The notes below the pieces were generated by a model. The model was not told where the DNA came from. It saw only the letters and a list, made by a program, of their open reading frames with translations, and ran no database searches. The position numbers and the translations under genes are program-made. A DNA stretch of 64,000 nucleotides from Mobula birostris (Eukaryota). Position 1 is the stretch's first letter. Each line of letters opens with the position of its first letter. This document shows positions 1-13,300 of this stretch, in pieces. The stretch lies in the NCBI RefSeq assembly GCF_030028105.1, contig NC_092376.1, positions 44,564,935 through 44,628,934 on the forward strand, given 5' to 3'.

Positions 1-769
1 TATCACTTACAACATGGTTACTTGGATGTTTCTGTAATAAATCATGCCAATGCCTAGAGCCACAAGAGTTCATTCTTTTATAAGATAAGCTGTTTTCTGC
101 CCACTTTAAATGAATGAGATGCACCCTGAGAGCAGAAGTTTGTAAGATCAGAACACATAAACTGGGACTTGCATTAAACCATAAAATATTTCTTACTAGG
201 GTAGTACCATGACCATATGTTTAGGAACAAAATCAACTGAGGGAAAATTGGAGGGAATATGAAGTCAGTATTAATGATCTAATCTTTTGCTAGTTGGGAT
301 TATTTGTAATAGTGGTCATTGAAACGGTTATAGTGTAATTTTTGTGTATGACCTCCATTTCACTGAATAATTTTACAGATAAGGTGAAGAAGCAACAGCT
401 AACAAGAAATAGCCGGTTGTTTTTTTTTCCACAGATCGTTGTACACAGTCAATTCTGTGGGGTATGCTAGTTTTATTTTGGATTGTTAAGAAATTTCAGG
501 TGCACTCAAAGCTTTTTCTGTATTGTGTGGTTACAGAAAGTAGTATCTTGTCTGTTGCAGCCACATTTCTAAGGTTTGTATTTAGCTGTCTCATTTTCTC
601 CCCCCTCTCCTGAAACCAGAGTGTTCCCACCCATCTTACATTTTGACTCCTTGAAAACCTTTTGCCACTTGCAAGGCACCCACATGAGGAATATTCTTCA
701 CCTGCCTGGATAAGAGCAGTTTCGACACTGATCAAGAAATTAGACTTCTTTCAAGATGATTAGTGCTCT

Positions 770-895
770 TTATCAGGACTTGAGGCCCGAAATGTTGATT
801 GCTCTTTCCCTCCATAGATGCTGCCTGATCCGCTGAGTTTGTAGCGTTTTGTATGTGTTGCTCAAGATTTCCAGTGTTTGCAGAGTTTCTTGTAG
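770..895 (+). repeat. Degenerate copy of the Penelope-associated short repeat (hammerhead-bearing family)
   Basis: gcccgaaatgttgatt...ccatagatgctgcctgatccgctgagtt...ttttgtatgtgttgctcaagatttccag matches the repeat at 37500-37600 and 44836-44935. Confidence 0.7.
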
Positions 896-1004
896 CTTTA
901 ATAAGCAACTACCTTCCATACACTTCCTCAGCCTCCTTGACTTCCAGAAAACGTAATCCAAGGTGGCGCCAAGATCTGATTTATTTGTCTTCAAATTGTT
1001 TAAT

Positions 1005-1400
1005 TGTTTGACCTTTCTTTCTTTTTTAATCTTTTTATTAGTTTTCAAGTTCATAAACATAATAACAATAGTGATATAAAGAGATTGGAATTACATTATT
1101 GGTAATAAACATATACAAGAGAGACTACAAATAGTACAAGTGTAATAGACTTCCAAGCTCTTAATATAATTAATCATGAAGAGAAAAGAAATAAAAAGAA
1201 AAGGATATCACAAAGAAAAACCCCAAAAACAAAAAAAACAAACAAAACAAAACAGGGCTGAACCAATATATTAGATCGAATACATTCATTAATGTCGTCA
1301 ACTCCGCTCCTCAATTCATATATTCTAAGTTAATAAAAAGGATTTGGAAAAGGTCAAACTACGTCATATGAAAATATTGAATAAATGGCTTCCAAGAGAC
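1005..1400 (-). mobile_element. 3' end of an L1/Tx1-like LINE
   Basis: Minus strand reads SWKPFIQYFHMT* (L1-type ORF2 C-terminal W-x-PF motif), followed by a 3'UTR, AATAAA (tttatt ~1034-1039) and an A-rich tail. Confidence 0.6.
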
Positions 1401-1699
1401 CTTTAATTGTTTTTTGGGTTTGTAATGATTGTTTTCAGGACTGAGTTAGGAAGTAGGGGTCAGGCTGGGGATTAGGAACAGGGATACGAGGGAATCAGAG
1501 GAGTTTAAGCCTCTGCACTGATTTCAAAGATCATTGACATGGACATGGGACATCTGTGGTTGGACGTTGGACTGGCAGTGAGTGGACAAGGGCAATAGAT
1601 TGTTGGCAGGTTCCGGAGTTGGATTTCCATGCGGGCAGGAGGAACAAGTTCCAATGACCCCCCTAGCTTCATGAATCGATAAGACCGAAGTTCAAGATC

Positions 1700-2110
1700 T
1701 ATTATTCAGGATCCCATCATCGGCAAGCCCAAATTTCGATGATCAGCGTGTCGATGCCCGAGAGTCAAAGGTCGAGGCCTGTTGGCTAGAGCCGAGTCTG
1801 TGTGTCCACTGGGAAGTTCGAAGCACGGTCTCTGCTCGCCCGAGTCTGTGTCTGCTGGAGGCTGCAGGTCTGAATTGAGGTTAAGGGACTGTGTATGTGC
1901 ATGGGTGAGAGGGAGAGAGGATCGGGACTTGTTTATATGTTGTTGTGTTCTGCCAAACATTGTGGGCAAGCTATGTTTGCAGTGGAATGTATGGCAACAC
2001 TTGTGGGCTGCTCCCAGCACCCTCCCTGGGCTGTGTTGGTTGTTGATGCAAACACCGCATTTCATTGTATGTTTTGATGTACACGTGACAAATAACTTCG
2101 AATCTTGAAT
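1700..2110 (+). repeat. Interspersed repeat whose 3' half is shared with the SINE at 2555-2880
   Basis: ggcaacacttgtgggctgctcccagcac...tgtgttgg...gatgtacacgtgacaaataa resembles 2770-2875; ends in a gaatcttgaatc tail. Confidence 0.55.
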
Positions 2111-2134
2111 CAATACTGCAATAATTTGCTGAAC

Positions 2135-2490
2135 CTTGTGGAACAGTTACTACCCTTCAACCATCAGACTCTTGAACCAAAGGGGATAACTTCATTCAAC
2201 TTCACTTGCCCCATCATTGAAATGTCCCCACAACCAATAGTTTCACTTTCAAGGACTCGTCATCTTGCTTGTTTATTTATTTATTTGTTTGTTTGTTTAC
2301 ACAGTTTGTTATCTTTTGTATTTGCACAGATTGTTATCTTCTGCAGTCTTGCTGAACGCCTTAGCTGGATGGTATTTCATTGATTCTGTTATGGTTATTA
2401 TTTCATAGATTTGTTGAGTATGCCCACAAGAAACTGAATCTCATGGTGGTTTATGGTGACATTTGATAATAACATTTACTTTGAACTTTG
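2135..2490 (+). mobile_element. Rex1/Babar-like LINE 3' tail
   Basis: ggaacagttactacccttcaaccatcagactcttgaac (NSYYPSTIRLLN C-terminus) and a tail ending tttactttgaactttg; the same tail follows the RT at 53990-55255. Confidence 0.65.
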
Positions 2491-2554
2491 TTTAAATTCA
2501 AATGTGGCTAATGCTACCAGAGTCGCAGTTATTTTCCATTCCGTATTGAATTAG

Positions 2555-2880
2555 GCCACAGGGGCATAGCGGTGAATGCATTGCTTTATAGTGACAGCAG
2601 TCACCAATTGAGGTTCAATTCTCACTTCTTTCTGTAAGGAGTTTGTATGTTCTCCCCACGTCTGCCTGCGTGTGTCCCCTCTGGGTTCTCTGGTTTCCTC
2701 CCACATTCCAAAGATTGTACAGTTAGGGTTACGAAATTGTGTGCGTGCTACATTGGTGCCTGAAGCTTGGTGACACTTTTGGGCTGCAGTCAGCACAACC
2801 CTTGGAATGTGTTGGCCATTAATGCATTTTGCTGTAATGTATGTTTTAATGTACATGTGAGATGTAAAGCTAACCTTTAA
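2555..2880 (+). mobile_element. V-SINE-like element
   Basis: tRNA-like head (ggttcaattc B-box) followed by the V-domain-like gagtttgtatgttctccccacgtctgc...ctggtttcctcccacattccaaaga. Confidence 0.7.
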
Positions 2881-3144
2881 AGTGATGGGGTTTATTTTTA
2901 TAAACTGCAGAATTGTTTCTAACAATGCTTTTGATAGGGAATTTCAGGTTGTTGATCTCATGATATGTTTCATGTATGACCGAAACATGAAGGGAAGGAC
3001 ACAGCACCCAAACAATACATATGGGCTCCGTACAACCTGAATTTCAAAGTACTAAAATATTTTACCATTGAGAGTTTAAAAGAAAGATTTAATTTATTAC
3101 AAAGTGAAACAAAATGAGTGAAGATTAATCTTGGGGACATAGTC

Positions 3145-3280
3145 TAGAGCAAAAATTGCTGGAGGAGCTCAGCAGGTCTAGCAGCATCCATGGAGACAAA
3201 AGGATAGTTAACATTTCAGCTCGAGATTCCGTATAAATCCAGATCCAGAGTCTCTATCGGAAATATTGACCATCCATGAC
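3145..3280. repeat. Degenerate Penelope-associated repeat with a short inverted second half
   Basis: ttgctggaggagctcagcaggtctagcagcatccatggag...aacatttcagctcgaga followed by agagtctctatcggaaatattgac. Confidence 0.55.
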
Positions 3281-3734
3281 TTATCTTGCAGTGGAATAGA
3301 TTTGGATGCTATTTTAAAACAAAATTGCACGTGGTGTACTCTAGTATTTCACCCAGTTGTCTTATGCGCTTTCAGATAGTTTAACTGCATGTGCTAAAGC
3401 AATCAAAATACCTTACTTATGTTTTTTGGCCTTGGGCAGTCAGTGCTGAGATCTTTTAGTAATACTAAAGCTATCTACTGAGGATATTTAGTTTAAAGTT
3501 ATTTGGGTATCTGTCTGACAGATAACCCTAAAACATTTTTGCTTTGAGGAACCAGAAGAAAATCTGTCACCCACACACTCAAACTTCACGCAAGTTGACT
3601 AGAAGTGATCTCCATTAAGATGTTCATTTTGCGTCCGCATCTCACCAGTTCTGTTAAGTGAAGCCAGAGTTTGAAGTGCTTCACTCTTACGTGTGCTTAC
3701 TGGTGCCCTCTACTGCTGTCTGTGTAGCTATAGG

Positions 3735-3925
3735 GTAATAACAGCGCAGAAACAGCCCCTTTCAGCCCATCTGGTGCATGCTAACCAAGATGTGCATCCA
3801 TGCCAGTCCCTTTTGCTAGCGTTTGGCCCATAACTTTCTAAGCCTTGTCCTATCCTTGTAACTCTCCAACTGTCTTTTTAAAGCAAAATTATGTTTGTAC
3901 CTGCCGTAACCAGTTCCTCTGGCAG
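3735..3925 (-). mobile_element. CR1 LINE 3' tail fragment
   Basis: acagcgcagaaacagcccctttcagcccatc... resembles the CR1 3' ends at 24256, 50155 and 60978. Confidence 0.5.
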
Positions 3926-4963
3926 TTCAGTCTGAAGAGAATAAAAGCAGGGCCCTTGATGCACAGGCCGACACCACTGGACTTGAAGATGTTTTTAATA
4001 TGTGGCTTCCAGAGGAGAGTTACTTGTGAGTTGCAAAATTTCAAGCTGATACAAGCAAAATTTAAACAGCTTTCCTACAAATGGTTTGAAACCTCAGAGT
4101 ACCTTAATAAGTTTACACAAAGTTTTGATAAGGAAGTTTTATTTTCCAACCCCTCACACCTACACATCCTTGGAGAAATGTCACCTTGTTTTGGAATTGT
4201 TCTTGTGGATGGGATCAAATAAATGGGCTTTTGCTCCTTTCTTCCGTTCTGTGGTAATGAAGACTCTGAAATGATCAGAACTTCAATAAATGCCCTTACA
4301 TACAATAGTCATGTTGCAGCATTAGAAGAAGCCATTCAGCCAGTGAGTCAGTGTTAATTATATTGAGATAAGTTGGCACAGGTCAAATCTGTAATCAAAA
4401 CTGTAATCAAATCTGGAATGGAATTTTCCATTGAACTACAAAGACTCCATTCTGAAAGGCCTTGAGGTGTTTTGTTCTGCGTTTGTGACTTCAGTTTTTA
4501 TGGTTTGTGGTAAAACTAAAATTCTATAGATTCATGTTAATTGTGGTTCTACCAGAAACTATTAATATTTGGAATACTACAGTTGATTCTGGTATTTGTC
4601 AACATTTTTAGACAAAAATGCATGATCAGCATGATGAGATTGAACTTGCTGTTTTCACCTCAAACTATCATTGCACTCTGGATAAGACGGTCTGTCCTCA
4701 AGATGATATTTTTCCATGTTTGTGTATCTGTGTGGGGAAGTCAGTTGTTTGTTCTGGTTGGAGGTAAATATTTGGATTATCTGCAGTGTTGCAATGATGC
4801 CTTTAGCTTACTAGAAAACCTTAATTATTGTTGTTGTTCCAGTTTGAAATTTTGCAAATTGACCAATATAACAGAATCTTGTTGAAAAATTAATAATAAA
4901 TCTGTGAAGTTTACAGTAGATGTAATTTCAATATAAAAATAACACCAAAAATCAAAAACACAA

Positions 4964-5112
4964 ACACAAGAAATTCTGCAGATGCTAGAAATCCTGAGCC
5001 ACACACACACACAAATAACGACCCCCCGCCCCAGGAGGAACTCAGCAAGTCAGGCAGTACCTATGGAGTGGAATCAACAGTAGACAGTCTGAGCTGAGAC
5101 CCTTCATCAGGC
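4964..5112 (-). repeat. Penelope-associated short repeat with a decayed hammerhead motif
   Basis: Reverse complement reads cctgatgaagggtctcagctcagactgtctactg (CTGATGA retained, GAAA lost). Confidence 0.75.
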
Positions 5113-7320
5113 CAAAAATCAAATCTCGTTTAGAACAATTGATCATTGAATGATTTATTAATAGCAATTTTGTTTTTTCTGATCAACCCAAAGAAATGGC
5201 ATTGGAGTAACTTTAGGCCAGCATTCAATGCCTTTGTGATGTGACCATCTTGATAAATTGAGGTGTGTAATATGCCAGGTGCCCCGAGTTCCTTGCTGTT
5301 CTTTGTGAATGAGTGCTGCTGGTGAACTCTGGCAGGCTGTTTAACAGAGGAAGATATTAGAACCAGACATGATGATGATGTCATCTGATCCACACTGCAT
5401 TCCCTCAGTGGTACAGTTTCTGGTAGAGCCACAAATGCTATCAATGCATTTATTTTCTGTTGCTGACTTAAAGCTAATAACAGTTACTGGTGTTTGCCAA
5501 AATATAACGGTGACTAAAATGATAACGCAGAATTAGCAGCCAGCTGGGAATTGCAGTTGCTCATCAGGTTACTAACAGCGTTAGCATGAGAAGCCATGCT
5601 TTGTTTTTATCGCCACCAAATAAGCGACTGGGATTAATTATTCAATCCTAGGCCTGGTTGAGAGATATTAGCTATTGAAGTAGTTGGTTGAAGAGGCACT
5701 GTGCTGACACAGGCCAGTGGTTACCAAATTAGCAAACCAATGAAGAATGTGCTTTCTGAGAATGAAGTGCACAACATATTTTGGTTTGTCCCCTGAGTGA
5801 TGAGCTATTTTCTATTTATGACCCTCCCACCTGCATTGCAATGTGAGCACTGCACCTCCCAGCTTTCAGAAAATGCCAGTCTGCTGCCAGAACTTGCCCG
5901 AGGCAGGTTTTATTTATTGCATTGTACATTTCATCCAAACAGTCAACTGAGGATGCTTTCCTTTCTGAAGTGCCTTTTGAGATATTACCTAATGCAAGAG
6001 CAATTTAATTTCTAGAAAGCTGAACCTTGTCACTGTCCACAGGACTTGGGTATTGATGCATCATGACCTAGTTAGATTCATTACCCACAATGTTATTACA
6101 GAGCATGTTTTCTTTAAAGGGGAATTGTTACTATATTCTGGCCCTGCAAAGTGTGATCAATTACTAATGCAATACGAGTACAAATGTGCATTGAGCTCTG
6201 TCTAAATTTGCCATGGAATCACAAGCTTTAAATTCATGAAAGCTGATTGCTGCTCAGTGAACTCCTGGTTCTTTTTCTGTTAGTCCAGAGAGGTCAGAGC
6301 AGAGGTTAGATGCTTCCCATTGCTGGAGAGACAAGGTACTACTGAAATTCTGCACATTGTCTTGCAGATTATTTTGTAATTTCTGCATCTGAAAAAGCTC
6401 GCATTCTGAATTGAATTAATGTGCTTCCAAACTAATTTTTTTTGGAGGGGTGGGTCATAACTTACACTTATTTGTTTAAAACTAAAGGTTACACAATGTC
6501 CTTCTAAATATTGCAGTCATGTTCTAGATTTCCACTGCTATTGAAAAGAGAGGGAGTGAGGTCAGGACAATCATATGCATCTTGAGATCAAAGATGGGGT
6601 TTAAAGGAACTGAACACATAATATGAAGGAAAGGTTGATGAAGTCAAACAATATTGCCATTTTCACAGTGGAGGGATTTAAATATTTGCCTCGTGTTCAG
6701 TGATCTATTGCATTTTCTGCTGAAACAAACCACAGTCACTCACTTCAGGTAGAATAAGAGAGAAAACTTCAAAGGAGCACTGTTGAAAGTGACATTAATG
6801 AACTGGGGCAAATATTTTTAACTTTTTAACTAGGCTGAATACCAAGAATTCATATCCAAAGATATGTACTGGATGAAGTTAAAATTGGACCATTTGTTGT
6901 GTATGTCAGAATGAGAAACTGTGGCTCTGGAGTTTCAACTGAGAATTAAAAGAGAAAAAATCTGGCGTATGTACAGAATAATTAACATAATGGAATTCTG
7001 ATTGTATAGGCAGTCTAGTTTAGATGCAAATCAGTCAGCTGCCAATACCAATGGGTTAAGAGAGTGTTGAACTAATGGAAGAATGACAGCTCTTTAAAAC
7101 AATGGAAGCAGGCAACAATCCTCCCAGTCTGTGGGCAGCATTTCTTTACGCAGGGCCTCTAGATACTCTGAAACAGCAAGTGCTCATAAATGTGCTGTGC
7201 TTGGGAGTCCAATAGCAACTTTTTAACCCATTTTTGTACTGTAAAACTGATTGCGTTAGGCTAGTTTTTGTTTGCAGTTTTAAAGCTAGCATAAATTATT
7301 CAGCTGGATCATTTTTTTAA

Positions 7321-7350
7321 TTTTCTCTCTTTACTGCTATTAATACTCAG
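7321..7350 (+). promoter_or_regulatory. SACS: Splice acceptor of the SACS terminal exon (phase 1)
   Basis: Polypyrimidine tract ttttctctctttactgct, then taatactcAG|gt cga ctc tgt aca caa ctg cag, in frame with the 3846-aa ORF. Confidence 0.9.
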
Positions 7351-10300
7351 GTCGACTCTGTACACAACTGCAGTTGCTGACTCCCGAACGTTCTGCACGT
7401 CTTATCAAAGAAATGATGAATGCCTGCTGGCCTGGCAGAGAGATGATGGTGCAGTGGTCACCAGGAAGCCCAGAGAGGAAGCATCCACCAATGTCTTGGC
7501 TGACAACAGTATGGAGATATCTATATCATAACTTCCCTGAAGACCTGACTCTGTTTGAGGAGTTGCCACTGATCCCGAAGATGCCTTTGGATGAATCCCA
7601 AAGCACAGTCAAGCTTTTACGTCTCCGATCTCCTTCTCCCATAATCTTGGAATCTGAAAATGAAACGCAGCTCCCTGAGTTTCTAGCCGATGTCATTGAG
7701 AAGCTTGGTGGAGTTGCCATTAAAGAGCTAGACCCATGTTTGCAGCACCCCCTTATGAAAAAGTACATCCATTCTCCTCTGCCGAGCACCTTGTTGCAGG
7801 TCCTGGATAATGCACTGCCACAAAAGATTACCAGTCAGGTCATGTTGTTGCCCCCAACACATAAAATTGCACTTAGGTGTTTCTTAGCTAGTTTGCCAGA
7901 AGTTAATGAGCGAGACAAGAAAATTCTTCAGGAATTAATTATCTTTAACAAAATTGAACCATCCTCTGAGAAAAGTAGCCAAAGTTTTATTGCATTGAAA
8001 GGAAGTAAAGTCTTGCATCATACTGCAAAGCTTCTGCCAGACATACGGATGTCCATTCCTGTAATACATTGCACTGATGAAGCATCCATTCGGCTAGTTA
8101 CCTTGCTGAAAGCTGAACAACTAAAAAGTACGGACTGCCTAAAAATTATACTGCAGGACATTGAAAAAGGCTTTTATTCTAGTAAGGATGTAACAAATAT
8201 TGTATCTTGGATTCTCATTAATTTATCTTTTCTTAAAGATGAAAATGCTTTGTTTATAGAATGGCTGAAATCTTTGAAATTTATTTCTACTTCTCAGGGA
8301 AGATTACTGTCAGCTAAAGAGTTGTTTGATCCCAAAATAGAAACATTGCAGGATTTGTTTTATGCTGATGAAAAAACATTGTTTCCACCAGAGAGCTATA
8401 CCTCAACTCCAGATATTTTACATGCTCTGAGACAAATAGGCTTGAAGAATGAAGATCAGTTAACTGAAAAAGAACTCGTCCAAGTGGCCAAAAGAATTGA
8501 GGTACTGCAGAGCAGTAGCAAGTTTGAGCAGGAACTGGTTATCAGAAAAGCCAAGACATTACTAACAATTCTTCATAGACAAAAGACTTCACTGCTTTCT
8601 TCTGAAGCAAAGGCAACATTGCAAAAAATAAAGTGGGTTCCAGTTTGTAAGAAACGTCCTCTGAATTACCCACAATCCCTTGCTTGGAAAGGGGATGTAT
8701 TAACTTTCCACAAGGCTTGTGAAATGCGGGATATATCTGATGCAGTATTAGTTGGCTCTGCCGTGCCTCTTGTGGAGAACATCTCTGCTGCAGTTAGAAA
8801 ATTGCTAGGGTTTTCCACGGAACCCAGCTTGGACCGGGTTTTGGGGCACTTGAAGAATGTTGTGGATTGGCACAATTCCAAGGATTTCAATAACGATGAA
8901 TGGTACCAGTTTCAGCATTTCTTGCTTGACATTTATGACTTTATGCAAGGACATCTGGAGAAGGATAAAGAAGGGTTCAAATCATTGACCTTTCCCTGGG
9001 TATGGACGGGGAAGGTCTTTACTGTACCTGGACATGTAGCTACAAAACCCATAGAAGAACTTGATCTGGAGCCTTACCTATATATCCTACCAAAAACAAT
9101 GGCAAAATATCACAAGCTGTTTACGTTCTTTGGAGCACTGGAAGAAATAACAACCGAGCACATCTTCAATATTATTAAGATTATCAAACAGAAAAGTGAT
9201 GGTGAAATCACTGAGCAAGAAAGTAAGCAAAACTTACTTCTGGTACTAAACATCTTAAGGTGGCTGTACATCAATCAAATCACAGTTAATGCTGATACTT
9301 CAATACCTATTCATTACAGTAAAGATCCCAGCAAGCTGGTAATGGAGCCCATTAAGAACTGTAGTTACTGCGACATCAAGGTGGATGACCTCAGTGACTT
9401 GCTTGATGATTCATTAGAACCCATTAATTTGGTGCATGAGGACATTCCTATGAAAATGGCTGAGGCATTGCAAGTGCCCTGCCTTAGTACAAGGCTCATT
9501 AACCCAGAGAATTTAGGCTTTGAGCAATCTGGACAAAGAGAGCCCCTCACTGTGCGTATCAGAAACATTCTAGAAGAATATCCATCAGTTGCGGATATCT
9601 TCAAAGAGCTCTTACAAAATGCCGACGATGCTGAGGGAACTGAGTGCAGCTTCCTGATTGACATGCGGAGAAACTCGGATATCCGGGAAAACCTCCTAGA
9701 CCCAGGCATGGCACTGTGCCACGGGCCTGCTCTTTGGTCATTCAACAACTCTGACTTCAGTGATGCTGACTTTGTAAATATAACCAGGCTTGGTGGATCC
9801 CTGAAGAGGACTGAGGTTGACAAAGTTGGCAAGTTTGGACTTGGTTTTAACTCTGTTTACCACATCACAGATATCCCTATAATTTTGAGCCGTGAATTTA
9901 TGATAATGTTTGATCCCAATATTAGTCATTTGGGAAAGCATATTCGTGATAAAACACATCCTGGGATAAAAATTAATTGGAACAAACATCAGAAGAGATT
10001 AAGAAAGTTCCCCAATCAGTTCAAGCCATTTGTCAATGTCTTTGGTTGTGATTTGCCACTGGACAAGGAAAGACCCTTTTGCTATATGGGAACTCTTTTC
10101 AGACTTCCCTTTAGAGTGGAGGAGGAGGCATTAGTCAGTGAAATTAGCAATGTTTCCTATAATATCACTGATATTTATTCTCTTGTAGATGAGTTCAGTC
10201 TGTGTGGCCATAGGCTGATTCTCTTCTCTCAGAATGTCAACACCATGTTCTTAAAATACTTAAAATCAGAAGAATCTGATCCTGGCTTAGCACAAACTCT

Positions 10301-13300
10301 TATTGCAATCAAGAAAATCTTATGTTCATCAAAAGCTGTGACCACACCCATGAATATTTTAAAGGAGGCAGCAAAGTTGATGAAAACACTTGCCAATACA
10401 AGACAGCTTCCTTCTGAAGCGCCTCGGTGTGCCTGCATAGTGCAAATAGTGGTGCATGAATTTCTTCAGGTATTCCAAAGGATAGTTGATCTTCAGTCAC
10501 CTCTGTTCAGACTTCCAGATGATGGAGATTTCTTGGATTTTTCAGCAAAGGTAGCACACAGCAGGAAGGGAAGTGAAGAGGAACCCCCTGAAAAAATGAC
10601 TGAATCCACAACGTGGCTTATATGTTCATGCATGGATACTGAAGAAGCACTGATGTTTTCACTGCAGGAAAGTGGACGGAGATTGGGACTTGTCCCTTGT
10701 GGTGCTGTTGGTGTTCTGCTATCTGAAACAGAAGACAAAAAATGGAGCATCAAGACAAACGGTAGTGCTTACGGGGAAGTGTTCTGTTATCTGCCTTTGA
10801 GAATCAAAACAGGATTACCAGTGCACATCAATGGCTGCTTTGCAGTTTCCTCCAATCGGAAAGAAATCTGGAAAACAGATACTAAAGGCAGGTGGAACAC
10901 CATCTTCATGAGGCATGTGATAGTTCAGGCATATTTGGAAGCACTTGCTGTATTGCGGGACATGGCTGTTAATGCAGAGCTTGTTGATTACAACTATTAC
11001 ACACTATGGCCTGATATTACCTTGGTTCATGATGACTTTGCTGTGGTGTGGCAAGGTCTTTATGAGGACATAGCCAAAGGAAGAGGAAACAAGCTGACAG
11101 AGGTCTTCTCAGATGGAACTTCCTGGGTTTCCATCAAAAGCATAAGGTTCTTGGATGATACTTTGCTTCGTAGACCAGTCGTTGGGCCTTTGGCTTTTAG
11201 GATTCTCTTGCAGTTCCTCAAAAAGGCTGAGCCTCAACCACTGTGTGCTGTGGAACTTCCACCTTGGGTTAGAGCTGGCTTTGAAGAAGCAGGCTGCAAG
11301 AATATATTACTGGAAAATACATTTTCTGAGAAGCAGTTTTTTACAGAGGCATTTTTCCCATATATTGAAGAGATAGAGGCTGAGCTTCGTGATCCATTAA
11401 TGCTTTACATTCTCGATGAAAAGGTGTTGGAGCTTTCTGGGCTGCTGCGTACAACCTGTTGTATTCCATCGTCAGGAGAACAGCAACTGTTATCTGTTCC
11501 TTCAAGACTCATTCATCCTGAGGGTCGAGTTGCTAAGCTCTATGACATTAGTGATGGGAGATTCCCTTGTGGAACTACACAAGACTACCTGAACCCAGTC
11601 CGTCTAGTAAAGCTCGTACAACTTGGCATGATCAAGGATGATATATCCTGGGAAGATATACTGGAACGAGCGATGTCTGTGGCAGCACTAAATGAAAGTG
11701 ATCATGCAGCAGCCTGCCTCCGGAGCAGCATCATACTCAGTTTAATTGATGAGAAATTAAAGTATCGGGACCACAGAGCTAAAGACTTTGCTGTGAAATT
11801 CCAGTCTGTACCTTTCCTTCCTTTCCTTAAAAAGCCTCCAGGTTTCTCATTACATTGGAAAGGAAATGATTTTCAACCTGAAACTCTATTTTCAGCTAAG
11901 GAGGTGTACGCACTTGAGTACCAGGAGATAGTTTGTCTTCTGCAGCCGATTCTAAATGAAAATCCTCCCAGTAAAGGGTGTGGTACCCTGTCATCGAGTG
12001 TTAAAGATTTTTTGGGGTTGTTAAAGAAGCCACCTATTCTTGTAGTGTTAGAACAGCTGAAGAAAGTAGCCACTGGCTTTGATGGCATTACTCTTTGCCA
12101 AGAGAACATAACAAATGCTTGTTACAAATATCTTCATGAAGCCATGATGAAGAATGAAGGTGCAAAAGTGCAGATCAATGGGGAACTTGAAAATTTTGCC
12201 TTTGTTCTGGTTGAGAACACTTACGTTGAGTCAGCGAAGGTTGCCTTCCACTTGAATTTTGATGCAACTCCCTACCTTTACCAGCTTCCAAACAAGTATA
12301 GGAACAATTTCCGTGAATTCTTTGAAAAGCTGGGAGTTCAATCCTCATTCACAGTTGAAGACTTTGCATCAGTCCTTCAGGTCTTAAAAACTGAATGTGA
12401 TCCTGAATCACTAAGTGAAAATAATTTTCAGCTTTGCCGAAGAATCATTAGTGAAGGAGTCTGGGGTCTCATTAGGGAGAAAAATCGAGATTACTGCAAG
12501 CGAAAATATGGAACCCTTTTGTTACCAGATGGTGATGGATTTCTTGTTCCAGCTAAATCTTTGTGCTACAATGATTGTCCTTGGATTAGAGTGCGCGATA
12601 AGAGTGTGAAATATTGTCACCCTGATATTCCAAGAGAGGTGGCTGTTAAGCTGGGGGCATTACCAAAACGTCATAAAGCCCTAGAGCGCTATGCTTCCAA
12701 TATTTGTTTCAGTACCCTTGGCAGTGAATTTGGACAGAAAGAGAAACTGACCAGTAGGATTAAAAGCATTCTCAATGCGTATCCTTCTGAGAAAGAAATG
12801 CTAAAGGAGTTGCTTCAAAATGCAGATGATGCAAAAGCCACAGAAATCTATTTTATATTTGATCCCAGGGAGCATCCAGGAGATCGAATCTTTGATGAGA
12901 AGTGGGGACCCCTCCAAGGTCCTGCAGTTTGTGTGTACAATAACCAACCCTTCACAGAAGATGATATTAGAGGGATCCAGAACCTGGGAAGAGGGACAAA
13001 GGAAGGGAATCCTGGCAAGACTGGGCAATATGGAATCGGATTTAATTCTGTGTATCACATAACCGACTGCCCGGCATTTATTTCTGACAACGACGTCCTC
13101 TGTATTTTTGATCCCCATGCTAAGTATGCACCCGGATCTACCAATGTCAGCCCTGGAAGGATGTTCAGAGATTTGGATTCAGACTTCAGAAATCAGTTTC
13201 ATGATGTATTGAGTCCGTTTTTAGGTAACCTCTTCAAACTGGAAAATGCTACAATGTTTAGGTTTCCAATACGAAATGCAGAGATGGCCAAAATATCTGA

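Noticed and set aside
5120-7320. Repeat-poor intronic stretch as extra SACS exons or an ncRNA
   Set aside because: No sacsin-like translation or recognisable RNA motif was found. It may hold regulatory elements, but nothing can be supported from sequence alone.
7374-7376. ORF-track 'start' of the 3846-aa protein
   Set aside because: It is an internal TTG (Leu). The exon begins at the acceptor at 7351 and the true ATG is upstream of the window.
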